From the sequence record LR756504.1: a stretch of 64,000 nt of DNA. One strand, written 5' to 3'. The notes under the pieces were generated by a model. The model was given only the letters and a program-made list of their open reading frames with translations. It was not told the DNA's origin and did not search any database. Position numbers and translations under genes: made by a program. The first letter of the stretch is position 1. Each line of letters starts with the position of its first letter. Positions 50,774-57,990 of the stretch are shown one piece after another.

Positions 50774-50936
50774 AAGTTTTAGCTTTAGTTGTGAACATAG
50801 CTTTGTATCAGATATTCAACTCAGAATTGTTGAATGTACAAAATGTAATAAAAAATATTGGTACTCTTATGGTGATATTTATTCAAAACCTAATAAAATT
50901 CAAGAGAGAAAAAATAAAATAAAACTACTTAGTTAA
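50745..50936 (+). CDS. Small zinc-binding hypothetical protein
   Basis: CEH...CTKC; C-terminal ERKNKIKLL. Confidence 0.5.
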   Translation: MINKIKTLFKSFSFSCEHSFVSDIQLRIVECTKCNKKYWYSYGDIYSKPNKIQERKNKIKLLS

Positions 50937-51290
50937 GTCTTCTATTTTTATTTCTCTTAAAAGAGGTTTCAAGTCTTCATCAATATGTAGAAAAATATTT
51001 TCAAGAAGTATATGTATCTGTGATGGGACTTGTGCATGATCTCTTCTATCATAAATAAAGAAAATCATTATATCTTGATTTATACTATCAGTTAGATATG
51101 AATATTTAGTCTGTACTTTATATGGAATTTTTTCATATATGAAGTATTCGGAGAAAGTTTCTACATTGTTTATATACTTAAAAGTAATTGCCTTTCTTTT
51201 TACAATATCATAAAATAATGATGGAACTCTTAATGGAGTTGTTAAGTTTTTTGTATTTTTAAGTTTAGGTTTATTAACATTTTTAATCAT
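50925..51290 (-). CDS. Hypothetical protein
   Basis: 121-aa ORF; C-terminal LREIKIEDL. Confidence 0.55.
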   Translation of the reverse strand: MIKNVNKPKLKNTKNLTTPLRVPSLFYDIVKRKAITFKYINNVETFSEYFIYEKIPYKVQTKYSYLTDSINQDIMIFFIYDRRDHAQVPSQIHILLENIFLHIDEDLKPLLREIKIEDLTK

Positions 51291-51313
51291 TTATATAATC
51301 CTCTTAAATCTCA

Positions 51314-51826
51314 TTATTCGAGATTTTCTAATTTTTTTAACAATTTGGTAATCTTACCGAGCATACCACACTGCTTTAAACCTTCGTCTATTTTACATCT
51401 AATAAACCTTTCAGGATAACATTTTAAAGGCATATCATCTAAAATATAGAAGTTTTCTATATTATTATCATTAATGTATTTAGTAATTTCAGTGTCTCTC
51501 TTCTCAGCCATATCTTCAAATAATTCAAGTTTTCCTGAATCAAGCTTTTTATGAAATATGAAAGGAGTATATTCTGTTGGAATATGACTTACCTTATTCC
51601 ATAAAAATATTTCTTGAATTTCGGGAAGAGAAAAGTGGCTTCTCCAATCAGAAGTTAATACAATATTGGTAGGAGTTAATTTTAACGCCTCATTTAATAT
51701 ATTAACACACTTAGGATCAAATGGATATGTAGTTCCATTGAACCAATTCTTTTTACTCCTGCTTTGTCTAAATGACCAGCTAGTTGTTATCACATCATCG
51801 ATATCTAAAAATAGAACTATCATCAC
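51314..51826 (-). CDS. HAD-superfamily phosphatase (HAD_SAK_2 RNA-repair type)
   Basis: LFLDIDDV, IVLTSDWR, YILDD, DEGL. Confidence 0.82.
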   Translation of the reverse strand: MMIVLFLDIDDVITTSWSFRQSRSKKNWFNGTTYPFDPKCVNILNEALKLTPTNIVLTSDWRSHFSLPEIQEIFLWNKVSHIPTEYTPFIFHKKLDSGKLELFEDMAEKRDTEITKYINDNNIENFYILDDMPLKCYPERFIRCKIDEGLKQCGMLGKITKLLKKLENLE

Positions 51827-51942
51827 TAATTATTAACGAAATATAAGTAGGAAAGTTTTGAAAATTAAAGTAGTTTAGCTATATTTAGCTTTAATTTTAA
51901 TGTAAAATCAAAACTAATTGAAAATCTATTTATATAAGATAT

Positions 51943-52407
51943 ATGAAAGTATTCGGAAAAGAAAGAAATTGTATAATTCATGATGAAAACAAAGTATGTG
52001 GATTCTTTGGTGAATATCGCTTCTTATCTAATTATGATTGGTGCGAAATACATTATGATGGATTAGTGTATTCATCTACTGAGGCTGCTTATCAGGCTGC
52101 TAAATCATTAGATAGAGAAACTCAAATTGAATATACAAGAATGGGTCCATCGGAGTCAAAAAAAATAGCATACAAATTACCTATAAGAGAAGATTGGTAT
52201 GATATAAGACTTGATGTGATGTATGCGGTTATTAAAGATAAATTTACACGACACGAAGAATTGAAAACTAAATTACTTCAGACGGGTGATAAATATTTAG
52301 AGGAAACTAATTATTGGAAAGATGTTTTTTGGGGTGTGTATGATAGAAAAGGTGAGAACAATTTAGGAAAAATATTAATGCGAGTTAGAGAAGAAATTAA
52401 AAAATAG
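51943..52407 (+). CDS. NADAR family N-glycosidase (YbiA-like)
   Basis: FLSNY, STEAAYQAAK, KF...LLQTGDKYLEE, KDVFWG, GENNLGKILM. Confidence 0.92.
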   Translation: MKVFGKERNCIIHDENKVCGFFGEYRFLSNYDWCEIHYDGLVYSSTEAAYQAAKSLDRETQIEYTRMGPSESKKIAYKLPIREDWYDIRLDVMYAVIKDKFTRHEELKTKLLQTGDKYLEETNYWKDVFWGVYDRKGENNLGKILMRVREEIKK

Positions 52408-52411
52408 AATT

Positions 52412-52672
52412 ATGGATATGTTGACAATCTGTATTGATGAATTAGCTCATTCTGATTATAATGACTACATAGAACAGAATTTATCTTTAGAACAATTAAA
52501 AAATCTAACTAAATTCTTTTTTGGTTGGAAAGGAATTACTTCAGATGAATTGTGGCATATATATAATTCTGATAATAAAGAAATTATCACAAATATACCG
52601 CTCATTAAAAGTTTTATTAAATATTGTAAAAACGAACAAGAAATTGAAAATTTAATTAGAAGTTTAGTGTGA
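52412..52672 (+). CDS. Hypothetical protein
   Basis: 86-aa ORF ending in TGA. Confidence 0.55.
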   Translation: MDMLTICIDELAHSDYNDYIEQNLSLEQLKNLTKFFFGWKGITSDELWHIYNSDNKEIITNIPLIKSFIKYCKNEQEIENLIRSLV

Positions 52673-52699
52673 CGGTTTAATAAAAATATTAATGCTAAT

Positions 52700-52981
52700 A
52701 TGGAAACTATATTGAATTACATAGTCAATAATCGCATAGTCAATGTTGATGGTTGGTATTATTGCCAGAAAAATTGCATTGTTAGTGAACATTCGGTAGA
52801 ACTTTATTTTGAAAATACAAATTCATCACTTGATTATTATATTATGATTAATTTAAGTAAACCATTTAAGTTTTCATTATATAGAGGTGAAAAAATACAG
52901 AAGAAAGCATTTCAAAAAGCTTTTTATAAAAAGTTACCAAGAAATTTAAAAATTCAAAAATTAGTAGGGGGTAGATTATGA
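52700..52981 (+). CDS. Hypothetical protein
   Basis: 93-aa ORF; RNLKIQKL near the C-terminus; ATGA overlap with the next gene. Confidence 0.55.
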   Translation: METILNYIVNNRIVNVDGWYYCQKNCIVSEHSVELYFENTNSSLDYYIMINLSKPFKFSLYRGEKIQKKAFQKAFYKKLPRNLKIQKLVGGRL

Positions 52982-53340
52982 TACAAATTGATTTTATCCG
53001 AGAAAATAAAGATATGATAATCGAAGAATTAAATAAAAAACATTTTCGTAATGCAAAAAAATATGTGGAAATAATTTTAGAAACCGATGCTAAGAGAATG
53101 TCAATTCAAAAAGAATTGGACGAATCTATATTAAGAATTAACATGAAATCAAATGAAATTGAAGTTTATTTAAGTAATGGTGAAATAGAGGCAGCAGAGG
53201 ACATTAAAAATAAATCTAATATATTAGGAAAGAAGATTAAAGAATTAATTAAAGAATTGAAAGATGTTGAAGAAAAACTTAATGATAAATTAGTTAAGCT
53301 TCCTAATATACCGCACACCGATGTTCCTGACATACATTGA
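52978..53340 (+). CDS. Stand-alone seryl-tRNA synthetase N-terminal coiled-coil (tRNA-binding arm)
   Basis: MIQIDFIRENKD...D.KR...Q.ELD...N..S.EI...KL.KLPNIPHTDVP ends exactly at the arm/catalytic-domain hinge. Confidence 0.85.
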   Translation: MIQIDFIRENKDMIIEELNKKHFRNAKKYVEIILETDAKRMSIQKELDESILRINMKSNEIEVYLSNGEIEAAEDIKNKSNILGKKIKELIKELKDVEEKLNDKLVKLPNIPHTDVPDIH

Positions 53341-53452
53341 ACGGGAGCGCATTAACACTTTCTATAATTATGCATCTCTTTTAGAAAATAATCAAACAGT
53401 TTATGATGTTAAATTACCATATGCACAGGATTTTATTTAATAAATTAAAAAT

Positions 53453-53626
53453 ATGAAATTATTAAAAGTAGAATTATTATCATTATTAATTTACGTAATT
53501 TTAACTCTACCCCATCTTAGTTATTTAATATTTGATGTTGGTATACAATATTCATTACCTGTTTGTTTATCGGTTGGTATAGTTTCAGTTATAATTGGTA
53601 ATATAATAATGTTTGATAGGAAATAA
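53453..53626 (+). CDS. Small two-helix membrane protein (57 aa)
   Basis: Hand-translated MKLLKVELLSLLIYVILTLPHLSYLIFDVGIQYSLPVCLSVGIVSVIIGNIIMFDRK. Confidence 0.5.
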   Translation: MKLLKVELLSLLIYVILTLPHLSYLIFDVGIQYSLPVCLSVGIVSVIIGNIIMFDRK

Positions 53627-53637
53627 TTGATATAAAA

Positions 53638-53669
53638 TTTGGAAGTTTAATTATTTTTGTATATATTTG
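53638..53669 (+). promoter_or_regulatory. Bacteroidota-type housekeeping promoter
   Basis: TTTG-N20-TATATTTG. Confidence 0.75.
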
Positions 53670-53685
53670 TGTTAAAATTAAATTT

Positions 53686-54204
53686 ATGGGATATTCAATT
53701 TCACAAGGTAAAACATCTTTTAAAATTAAAGGTGAAAATATTCAAGGAGCATTAAAAGCTATTAAGGATTTTGCATCGAAGCGAACAAAATTAGGATATT
53801 TTGATGCTAAAAAAATTGCAAATGCTAAAACATTAGACGAAGCGTTTAAAGAACTTTGTTGGAAATTTAAGTACACCGAAGTACAAGAAGATGTTTTAAC
53901 GCTTGATAAAGCAAAAGTTATGTTAGAGTCTCTTTATGGAAAAATAAAAAATGAAGGTGCTAGTGAACAATATGCGTTGTCTTGCTTAGATGAAATTATT
54001 TCTAAATTTCCTAAAGATAAAGATGTTATAGGTATCACACAACAAGTCGAATATTTAGGCGAAGAAAGAATAATCTTTAATGTTATTGCACCATTTGTTG
54101 AAGAAGGTAGCTTTATTGAAATTGTGGGTGAGGATGGTGAAACATGGCGTTGGGTTTTTGAAGGTGGTAAGTGTGAAGAAAAGAAACCAAAAATAAAATG
54201 GTAA
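53686..54204 (+). CDS. Hypothetical protein
   Basis: 172-aa ORF after a host-type promoter. Confidence 0.65.
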   Translation: MGYSISQGKTSFKIKGENIQGALKAIKDFASKRTKLGYFDAKKIANAKTLDEAFKELCWKFKYTEVQEDVLTLDKAKVMLESLYGKIKNEGASEQYALSCLDEIISKFPKDKDVIGITQQVEYLGEERIIFNVIAPFVEEGSFIEIVGEDGETWRWVFEGGKCEEKKPKIKW

Positions 54205-54341
54205 TATTTGTAATTGCGATTCAAGCTGGTAAATGTACAATAGAGAAAAATAAATTCAAAATAAGAAAACAATTTCAAAAAATAAACGTTTACTATAATA
54301 TAACCCATTAAGGGAACAAATAAGTTTAAATATATACTATT

Positions 54342-54431
54342 ATGAAAGCAATGATTTTAAGTTTATGTCTATCGTTATCGCTAAGTTTGCAAAAACTTGG
54401 GGTGGTAGGCGTATGTAAAGTCATTAGTTAA
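54342..54431 (+). CDS. Attenuator leader peptide MKAMILSLCLSLSLSLQKLGVVGVCKVIS
   Basis: Codons 6-16 are TTA AGT TTA TGT CTA TCG TTA TCG CTA AGT TTG, and codon 19 is CTT; all are decoded by the downstream tRNAs. Confidence 0.75.
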   Translation: MKAMILSLCLSLSLSLQKLGVVGVCKVIS

Positions 54432-54490
54432 TATAAAAGACTTTAAATATCTTAAACCCTAAGTTCAAAAGACTTAGGGTTTTTTGTTTT
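54381..54490 (+). promoter_or_regulatory. Transcription attenuator: 1:2 protector, 2:3 antiterminator, 3:4 terminator
   Basis: 1:2 CTAAGTTT-GCAA-AAACTTGG (54381-400); 2:3 AACTTGGGGT (54394-403) with ACCCTAAGTT (54456-65); 3:4 AAACCCTAAGT with ACTTAGGGTTT followed by TTTGTTTT. Confidence 0.75.
54454..54490 (+). terminator. Intrinsic terminator of the attenuator
   Basis: 11-bp stem 54454-64/54472-82 and U-tract to 54490. Confidence 0.88.
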
Positions 54491-54513
54491 ATATTAAAAA
54501 AATTAATGAAATT

Positions 54514-54756
54514 ATGGAAAAGATAATGATTAAAGTTGTGGGTATGTTTAGTAATTGTTATATTCCTAAATATGATATGTATTTTGCTACAAAAACAGAA
54601 CATGGTAATGATGCTATAATTAAAAAAGCAAATGCAATGATAACAGTTTCAAATAATTTTAAAAACATTAATGAAGATTATAAAAGACAATTAGAAAATG
54701 AAGATGAAAAAAATAATGAAACGAAGGCTATATTGGATGGATATAAAGTGATGTAG
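54514..54756 (+). CDS. Hypothetical 80-aa protein, first gene after the attenuator
   Basis: ATG at 54514; the track's TTG start lies inside the terminator U-tract. Confidence 0.55.
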   Translation: MEKIMIKVVGMFSNCYIPKYDMYFATKTEHGNDAIIKKANAMITVSNNFKNINEDYKRQLENEDEKNNETKAILDGYKVM

Positions 54757-54764
54757 TTTTTAAT

Positions 54765-54844
54765 GCTCCCATGGTGGAATGGCAGACACGCTCGGCTTAA
54801 AATCGAGTGCCTTGTGCATACAGGTTCAAGTCCTGTTGGGAGTA
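54765..54844 (+). tRNA. tRNA-Leu(UAA)
   Basis: GCTCCCA/TGGGAGT-A acceptor, CTCGG-CTTAAAA-TCGAG, long variable arm, TTCAAGT T-loop; no encoded CCA. Confidence 0.92.
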
Positions 54845-54857
54845 CTAATTATCACAT

Positions 54858-54943
54858 GCCCTTGTGATGTAATGCAGCCATGAACGCCTTAGAAGCGTTT
54901 GCGAAGTAATAGTAGCGTGTAGGTTCGAGTCCTACCAAGGGTA
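54858..54943 (+). tRNA. tRNA-Leu(UAG)
   Basis: GCCCTTG/CAAGGGT-A, AACGC-CTTAGAA-GCGTT, long variable arm. Confidence 0.92.
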
Positions 54944-54952
54944 CACAATAAT

Positions 54953-55041
54953 GGAGGGAATCTGGCTGGATGAAGAGCCAATCTTGAAAATTGGTAAATC
55001 GGTGATGAACTGGTTTGTGGGTTCGAGTCCCACTTCCTCCT
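54953..55041 (+). tRNA. tRNA-Ser(UGA)
   Basis: GGAGGGA/TTCCTCC-T, CCAAT-CTTGAAA-ATTGG, long variable arm. Confidence 0.9.
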
Positions 55042-55047
55042 CAAAAT

Positions 55048-55120
55048 GGTACTATGGCCGAGTGGATATAGGCGCACGTCTGCAAAACGTGATACATCAG
55101 TTCGAACCTGATTAGTACCT
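55048..55120 (+). tRNA. tRNA-Cys(GCA)
   Basis: GGTACTA/TAGTACC-T (U73), CACGT-CTGCAAA-ACGTG. Confidence 0.93.
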
Positions 55121-55127
55121 CAAAAAT

Positions 55128-55214
55128 GGAGAGTAGGCAAATATTGGTTTGTTGCGGCATCCTGCTAAGATGTTCCGTATAAAAGCGGTGAGGGTTCAAT
55201 TCCCTTGCTCTCCT
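55128..55214 (+). tRNA. tRNA-Ser(GCU)
   Basis: GGAGAGT/GCTCTCC-T, GCATC-CTGCTAA-GATGT, long variable arm, enlarged D region. Confidence 0.88.
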
Positions 55215-55293
55215 CAAATAAAGTTCTATTGTGTAAATATTATCACACTTAAACGTAGCCGAACTTTTTGATATATAATATCAAAAAAAAGCT

Positions 55294-55998
55294 ATGAGTT
55301 TAAAAAGTGAGAAAATATTAAAGTATGCTAAAAAAATTAGAGCGATTGAATTATTAGGTGGTTGTTGCATTGAATGTGGTGTTGATAATATACATAAATT
55401 ATGTTTTCACCATATAAATAGAAATGATAAAAAATTTGATATTTCGGATAAATTAGGATTAAAGTGGAACAAAATAAAAGATGAAGTTATAAAATGTGAG
55501 TTATTATGTTTAAATTGTCATACAGAAAAACATTATAATGAAATTTCTGATAAAAAAGATATAAAAAGAAGGAGTGAAAAAAAACTATTTATTTCAATAA
55601 AGGGTGATTCATGTGAATATTGTAATTATAATAAGTGTGATGCAACATTAGAATTTCATCATCATAATGATAATAAAAATTTCTCTATAGGGAAAAAAAG
55701 ATTAACTAAAAATAATTTATTATTATTTATAGAAGAAATAAACAAGTGTACTTTATTATGTAAAAATTGCCATATTCATTTACATAAAGATAGTTTCTAT
55801 GATGATAATAAAGATGAAATAATAAAAAAGAAAAATGATTATATTGATTTAAATAAAATTGATTTAGATAAATTTTTTGAATTATATAATGGTGGGTATA
55901 AACAAGTTGAAATATCAAAACTGTTAAATTGTTCAAAAAGTAGAATCTCAGAATTAGTTTCAAAATATTTTAAAGGGAAGAATACTCAAGTGATTTAA
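55294..55998 (+). CDS. HNH homing endonuclease with two HNH-like modules and C-terminal HTH
   Basis: CIEC..FHH...CLNCH and CEYC..FHH...CKNCH; QVEISKLLNCSKSRIS; inserted in the tRNA cluster. Confidence 0.85.
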   Translation: MSLKSEKILKYAKKIRAIELLGGCCIECGVDNIHKLCFHHINRNDKKFDISDKLGLKWNKIKDEVIKCELLCLNCHTEKHYNEISDKKDIKRRSEKKLFISIKGDSCEYCNYNKCDATLEFHHHNDNKNFSIGKKRLTKNNLLLFIEEINKCTLLCKNCHIHLHKDSFYDDNKDEIIKKKNDYIDLNKIDLDKFFELYNGGYKQVEISKLLNCSKSRISELVSKYFKGKNTQVI

Positions 55999-56066
55999 GA
56001 GGATACATTGGAAATGTATTAGATCGGGATTAACCTGGTGCGTGAGTTTGAATCTCACTTCTTCCA
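55976..56066 (+). tRNA. tRNA-Ser(GGA)
   Basis: GGAAGAA/TTCTTCC-A, ATACA-TTGGAAA-TGTAT, long variable arm; first 23 nt overlap the end of the HNH ORF. Confidence 0.85.
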
Positions 56067-56071
56067 CAAAT

Positions 56072-56145
56072 GGCTTAGTGATGTAATTGGTAAACGTGTT
56101 CGGTTCAAACCCGAAATTTTATAGGTTCGAGTCCTATCTAAGCTA
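56072..56145 (+). tRNA. tRNA-Leu(CAA) with short variable loop
   Basis: GGCTTAG/CTAAGCT-A, TTCGG-TTCAAAC-CCGAA, 5-nt variable loop ATTTT. Confidence 0.82.
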
Positions 56146-56156
56146 CAATAATAAAT

Positions 56157-56231
56157 GCCATTGTGGTGGAATTGGTTATACACACTAGTCTAAGAAACTA
56201 GGAATTGCAGGTTCGACTCCTGTCAATGGTA
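56157..56231 (+). tRNA. tRNA-Leu(AAG) with A34 and short variable loop
   Basis: GCCATTG/CAATGGT-A, CTAGT-CTAAGAA-ACTAG, 5-nt variable loop GAATT, Leu-like D arm. Confidence 0.85.
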
Positions 56232-56250
56232 CTAAAAAATATATATTTAT

Positions 56251-56934
56251 GTGATAAAAAAACAAAATGTAAAGGTTAAAATAACAGATATAGCAAATAA
56301 TATTCTATTAAATGGTACTTTTAATATAAGAATTAAAAATTATAGAATTGAAATTTTAATTGATTATCCAACATTTAAAAAATTGGAATCTGAGGATAAA
56401 GGATATATGTTATTTAATGATATGGTTATTACAATTAATGATATGAATGTAAAACCAATTATTTATTATTTTCTTTTAGAAGAACCTATATCAGATAATG
56501 ATAATAGAAGAGAATTTTTTAAATTTCTAAACGGTAGTGATAAATATATTGAAGAAGAAATGTATATAGTTCATAGAAGAAAGCGTGATTTTACAACAGA
56601 GCATTTAACTATTGAATTTGATAATATTGAATATTCAATAATTGATTATATAATCTATTGTCAAAAAATTTACGATAAAGCAATTAGACAGAAAATTAAT
56701 ATATTTAAACAAAATTTACCAGAAATAATAGAATTTAATTCTACTAAAGAAGTTCTACAACTAAATATTCGTGAAAAAGATGATGATGATGGATTTGTAT
56801 TTGAATACTTAGATTGTAATAATAAATCAATTATTAATTTTGAATCGTATGATGATATTAATTCTTATGAGATTTCGGAAATATATGGTAACATGCTTAA
56901 TATAAATAAACAAGTTAAAATATTACAATTTTAG
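56251..56934 (+). CDS. Hypothetical protein
   Basis: 227-aa ORF with GTG start. Confidence 0.55.
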   Translation: MIKKQNVKVKITDIANNILLNGTFNIRIKNYRIEILIDYPTFKKLESEDKGYMLFNDMVITINDMNVKPIIYYFLLEEPISDNDNRREFFKFLNGSDKYIEEEMYIVHRRKRDFTTEHLTIEFDNIEYSIIDYIIYCQKIYDKAIRQKINIFKQNLPEIIEFNSTKEVLQLNIREKDDDDGFVFEYLDCNNKSIINFESYDDINSYEISEIYGNMLNINKQVKILQF

Positions 56935-56942
56935 CTTGTTGG

Positions 56943-57314
56943 CTAAATAATTTGCAATTGTATTTTAAGTCCTCTATCATTCAAAGTATTCATGAATGTA
57001 ATTATATATTGTGCTAACATAGAGTCATCAGGATTCATATAAATGGATACTAATTCTTCTGTATTAGAACTATATTCATTATTGGTTATAAAATTTAATA
57101 GTTTATCAAAATCTGAGCGGTATTTTTTACGTCTATCGCTATCATTATACATAAAAGGAGTTCCAATAGGATTACGCAAACCAGGGTATGACATTACTTT
57201 CTTTTTTAAATAGCTAAGAAGTGATATTTTTCTATATGACATAGGAAATTTTGAAAAACCTTCTTCAAATAGATTTAAGTATTGTTCTCTTAGTTTTTCT
57301 ATATCGTTATTCAT
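56943..57314 (-). CDS. Hypothetical protein
   Basis: 123-aa ORF. Confidence 0.55.
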   Translation of the reverse strand: MNNDIEKLREQYLNLFEEGFSKFPMSYRKISLLSYLKKKVMSYPGLRNPIGTPFMYNDSDRRKKYRSDFDKLLNFITNNEYSSNTEELVSIYMNPDDSMLAQYIITFMNTLNDRGLKIQLQII

Positions 57315-57371
57315 AATTTTGGGACATTTATTCCTATTTCTACTAAATGAGAATCAAAAAGTTTTAAAATG

Positions 57372-57403
57372 TTTGTATTTGTGTATATATTTTGCTATAT
57401 TTG
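57372..57403 (+). promoter_or_regulatory. Bacteroidota-type housekeeping promoter (RNA ligase-like gene)
   Basis: TTTG-N20-TATATTTG. Confidence 0.75.
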
Positions 57404-57408
57404 TGTAT

Positions 57409-57990
57409 ATGAAAAAAATAAGCACATTATTTAAAAAGGATCCTAAAGATTTGGGTTTAGTAACTACTGAAGTTAGTCCTGAAAATGATTGGGTTATAAA
57501 AGGAGAAGGTATAGCAACTCGTAAATGGGATGGTATTGCTACTGCTATTATGGACGGTTGTTTATTTAAAAGGTATGATGTAAAAAAAGGAAGAACTGCT
57601 CCTATTGGTGCTATTCCTTGTCAAGAACCTGATGAAATAACAGGACATCATCCACATTGGGTAAAATGTGAAAGAACAAATCCTGCCGATAAATATTTCT
57701 TTATGGCATTTGATAGTTTAGAAGATAAATCTGAGGGAACATATGAATTAATTTCTGATAATTTTCAAGGTAGACATTCTAAAAAGAATCCTGAGAACAT
57801 TACAGGACATAAGCTTATTAAACATGGTGTTGAATCATTTGAATTGAATGATTTAAGCTTTGAAGCTATAAAAGCGTTTATATGCAATCCTGATAATGAT
57901 GTTGAAGGTATTGTATTCCACCATAAGACTGATGGTAGAATGTGTAAAATTAAAAAATCTAATTTTGGAGTCCTTAGATATAAAATATAA
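57409..57990 (+). CDS. RNA ligase-like nucleotidyltransferase (DUF5565-like)
   Basis: Motif I RKWDG, GTYEL, motif IV EGIVF, motif V KIKK; ATG at 57409 follows a host-type promoter. Confidence 0.72.
   Translation: MKKISTLFKKDPKDLGLVTTEVSPENDWVIKGEGIATRKWDGIATAIMDGCLFKRYDVKKGRTAPIGAIPCQEPDEITGHHPHWVKCERTNPADKYFFMAFDSLEDKSEGTYELISDNFQGRHSKKNPENITGHKLIKHGVESFELNDLSFEAIKAFICNPDNDVEGIVFHHKTDGRMCKIKKSNFGVLRYKI

Noticed and set aside
52412-52981. Readthrough fusion of two ORFs separated by TGA and nine in-frame sense codons
   Set aside because: In-frame arrangement arises one time in three by chance, the second ORF has its own ATG, and no homology spans the junction.
54889-55077. 62-aa minus-strand ORF
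   Set aside because: It is the antisense reading of the tRNA genes.
56072-56145. Opal suppressor (UCA anticodon) that could read the RF TGA
   Set aside because: The perfect TTCGG/CCGAA stem fixes the loop as TTCAAAC, placing CAA at 34-36; a UCA register breaks the stem.
57319-57408. 30-aa N-terminal extension of the ligase-like ORF
   Set aside because: It overlaps the TTTG-N20-TATATTTG promoter, so ATG 57409 is the more plausible start.
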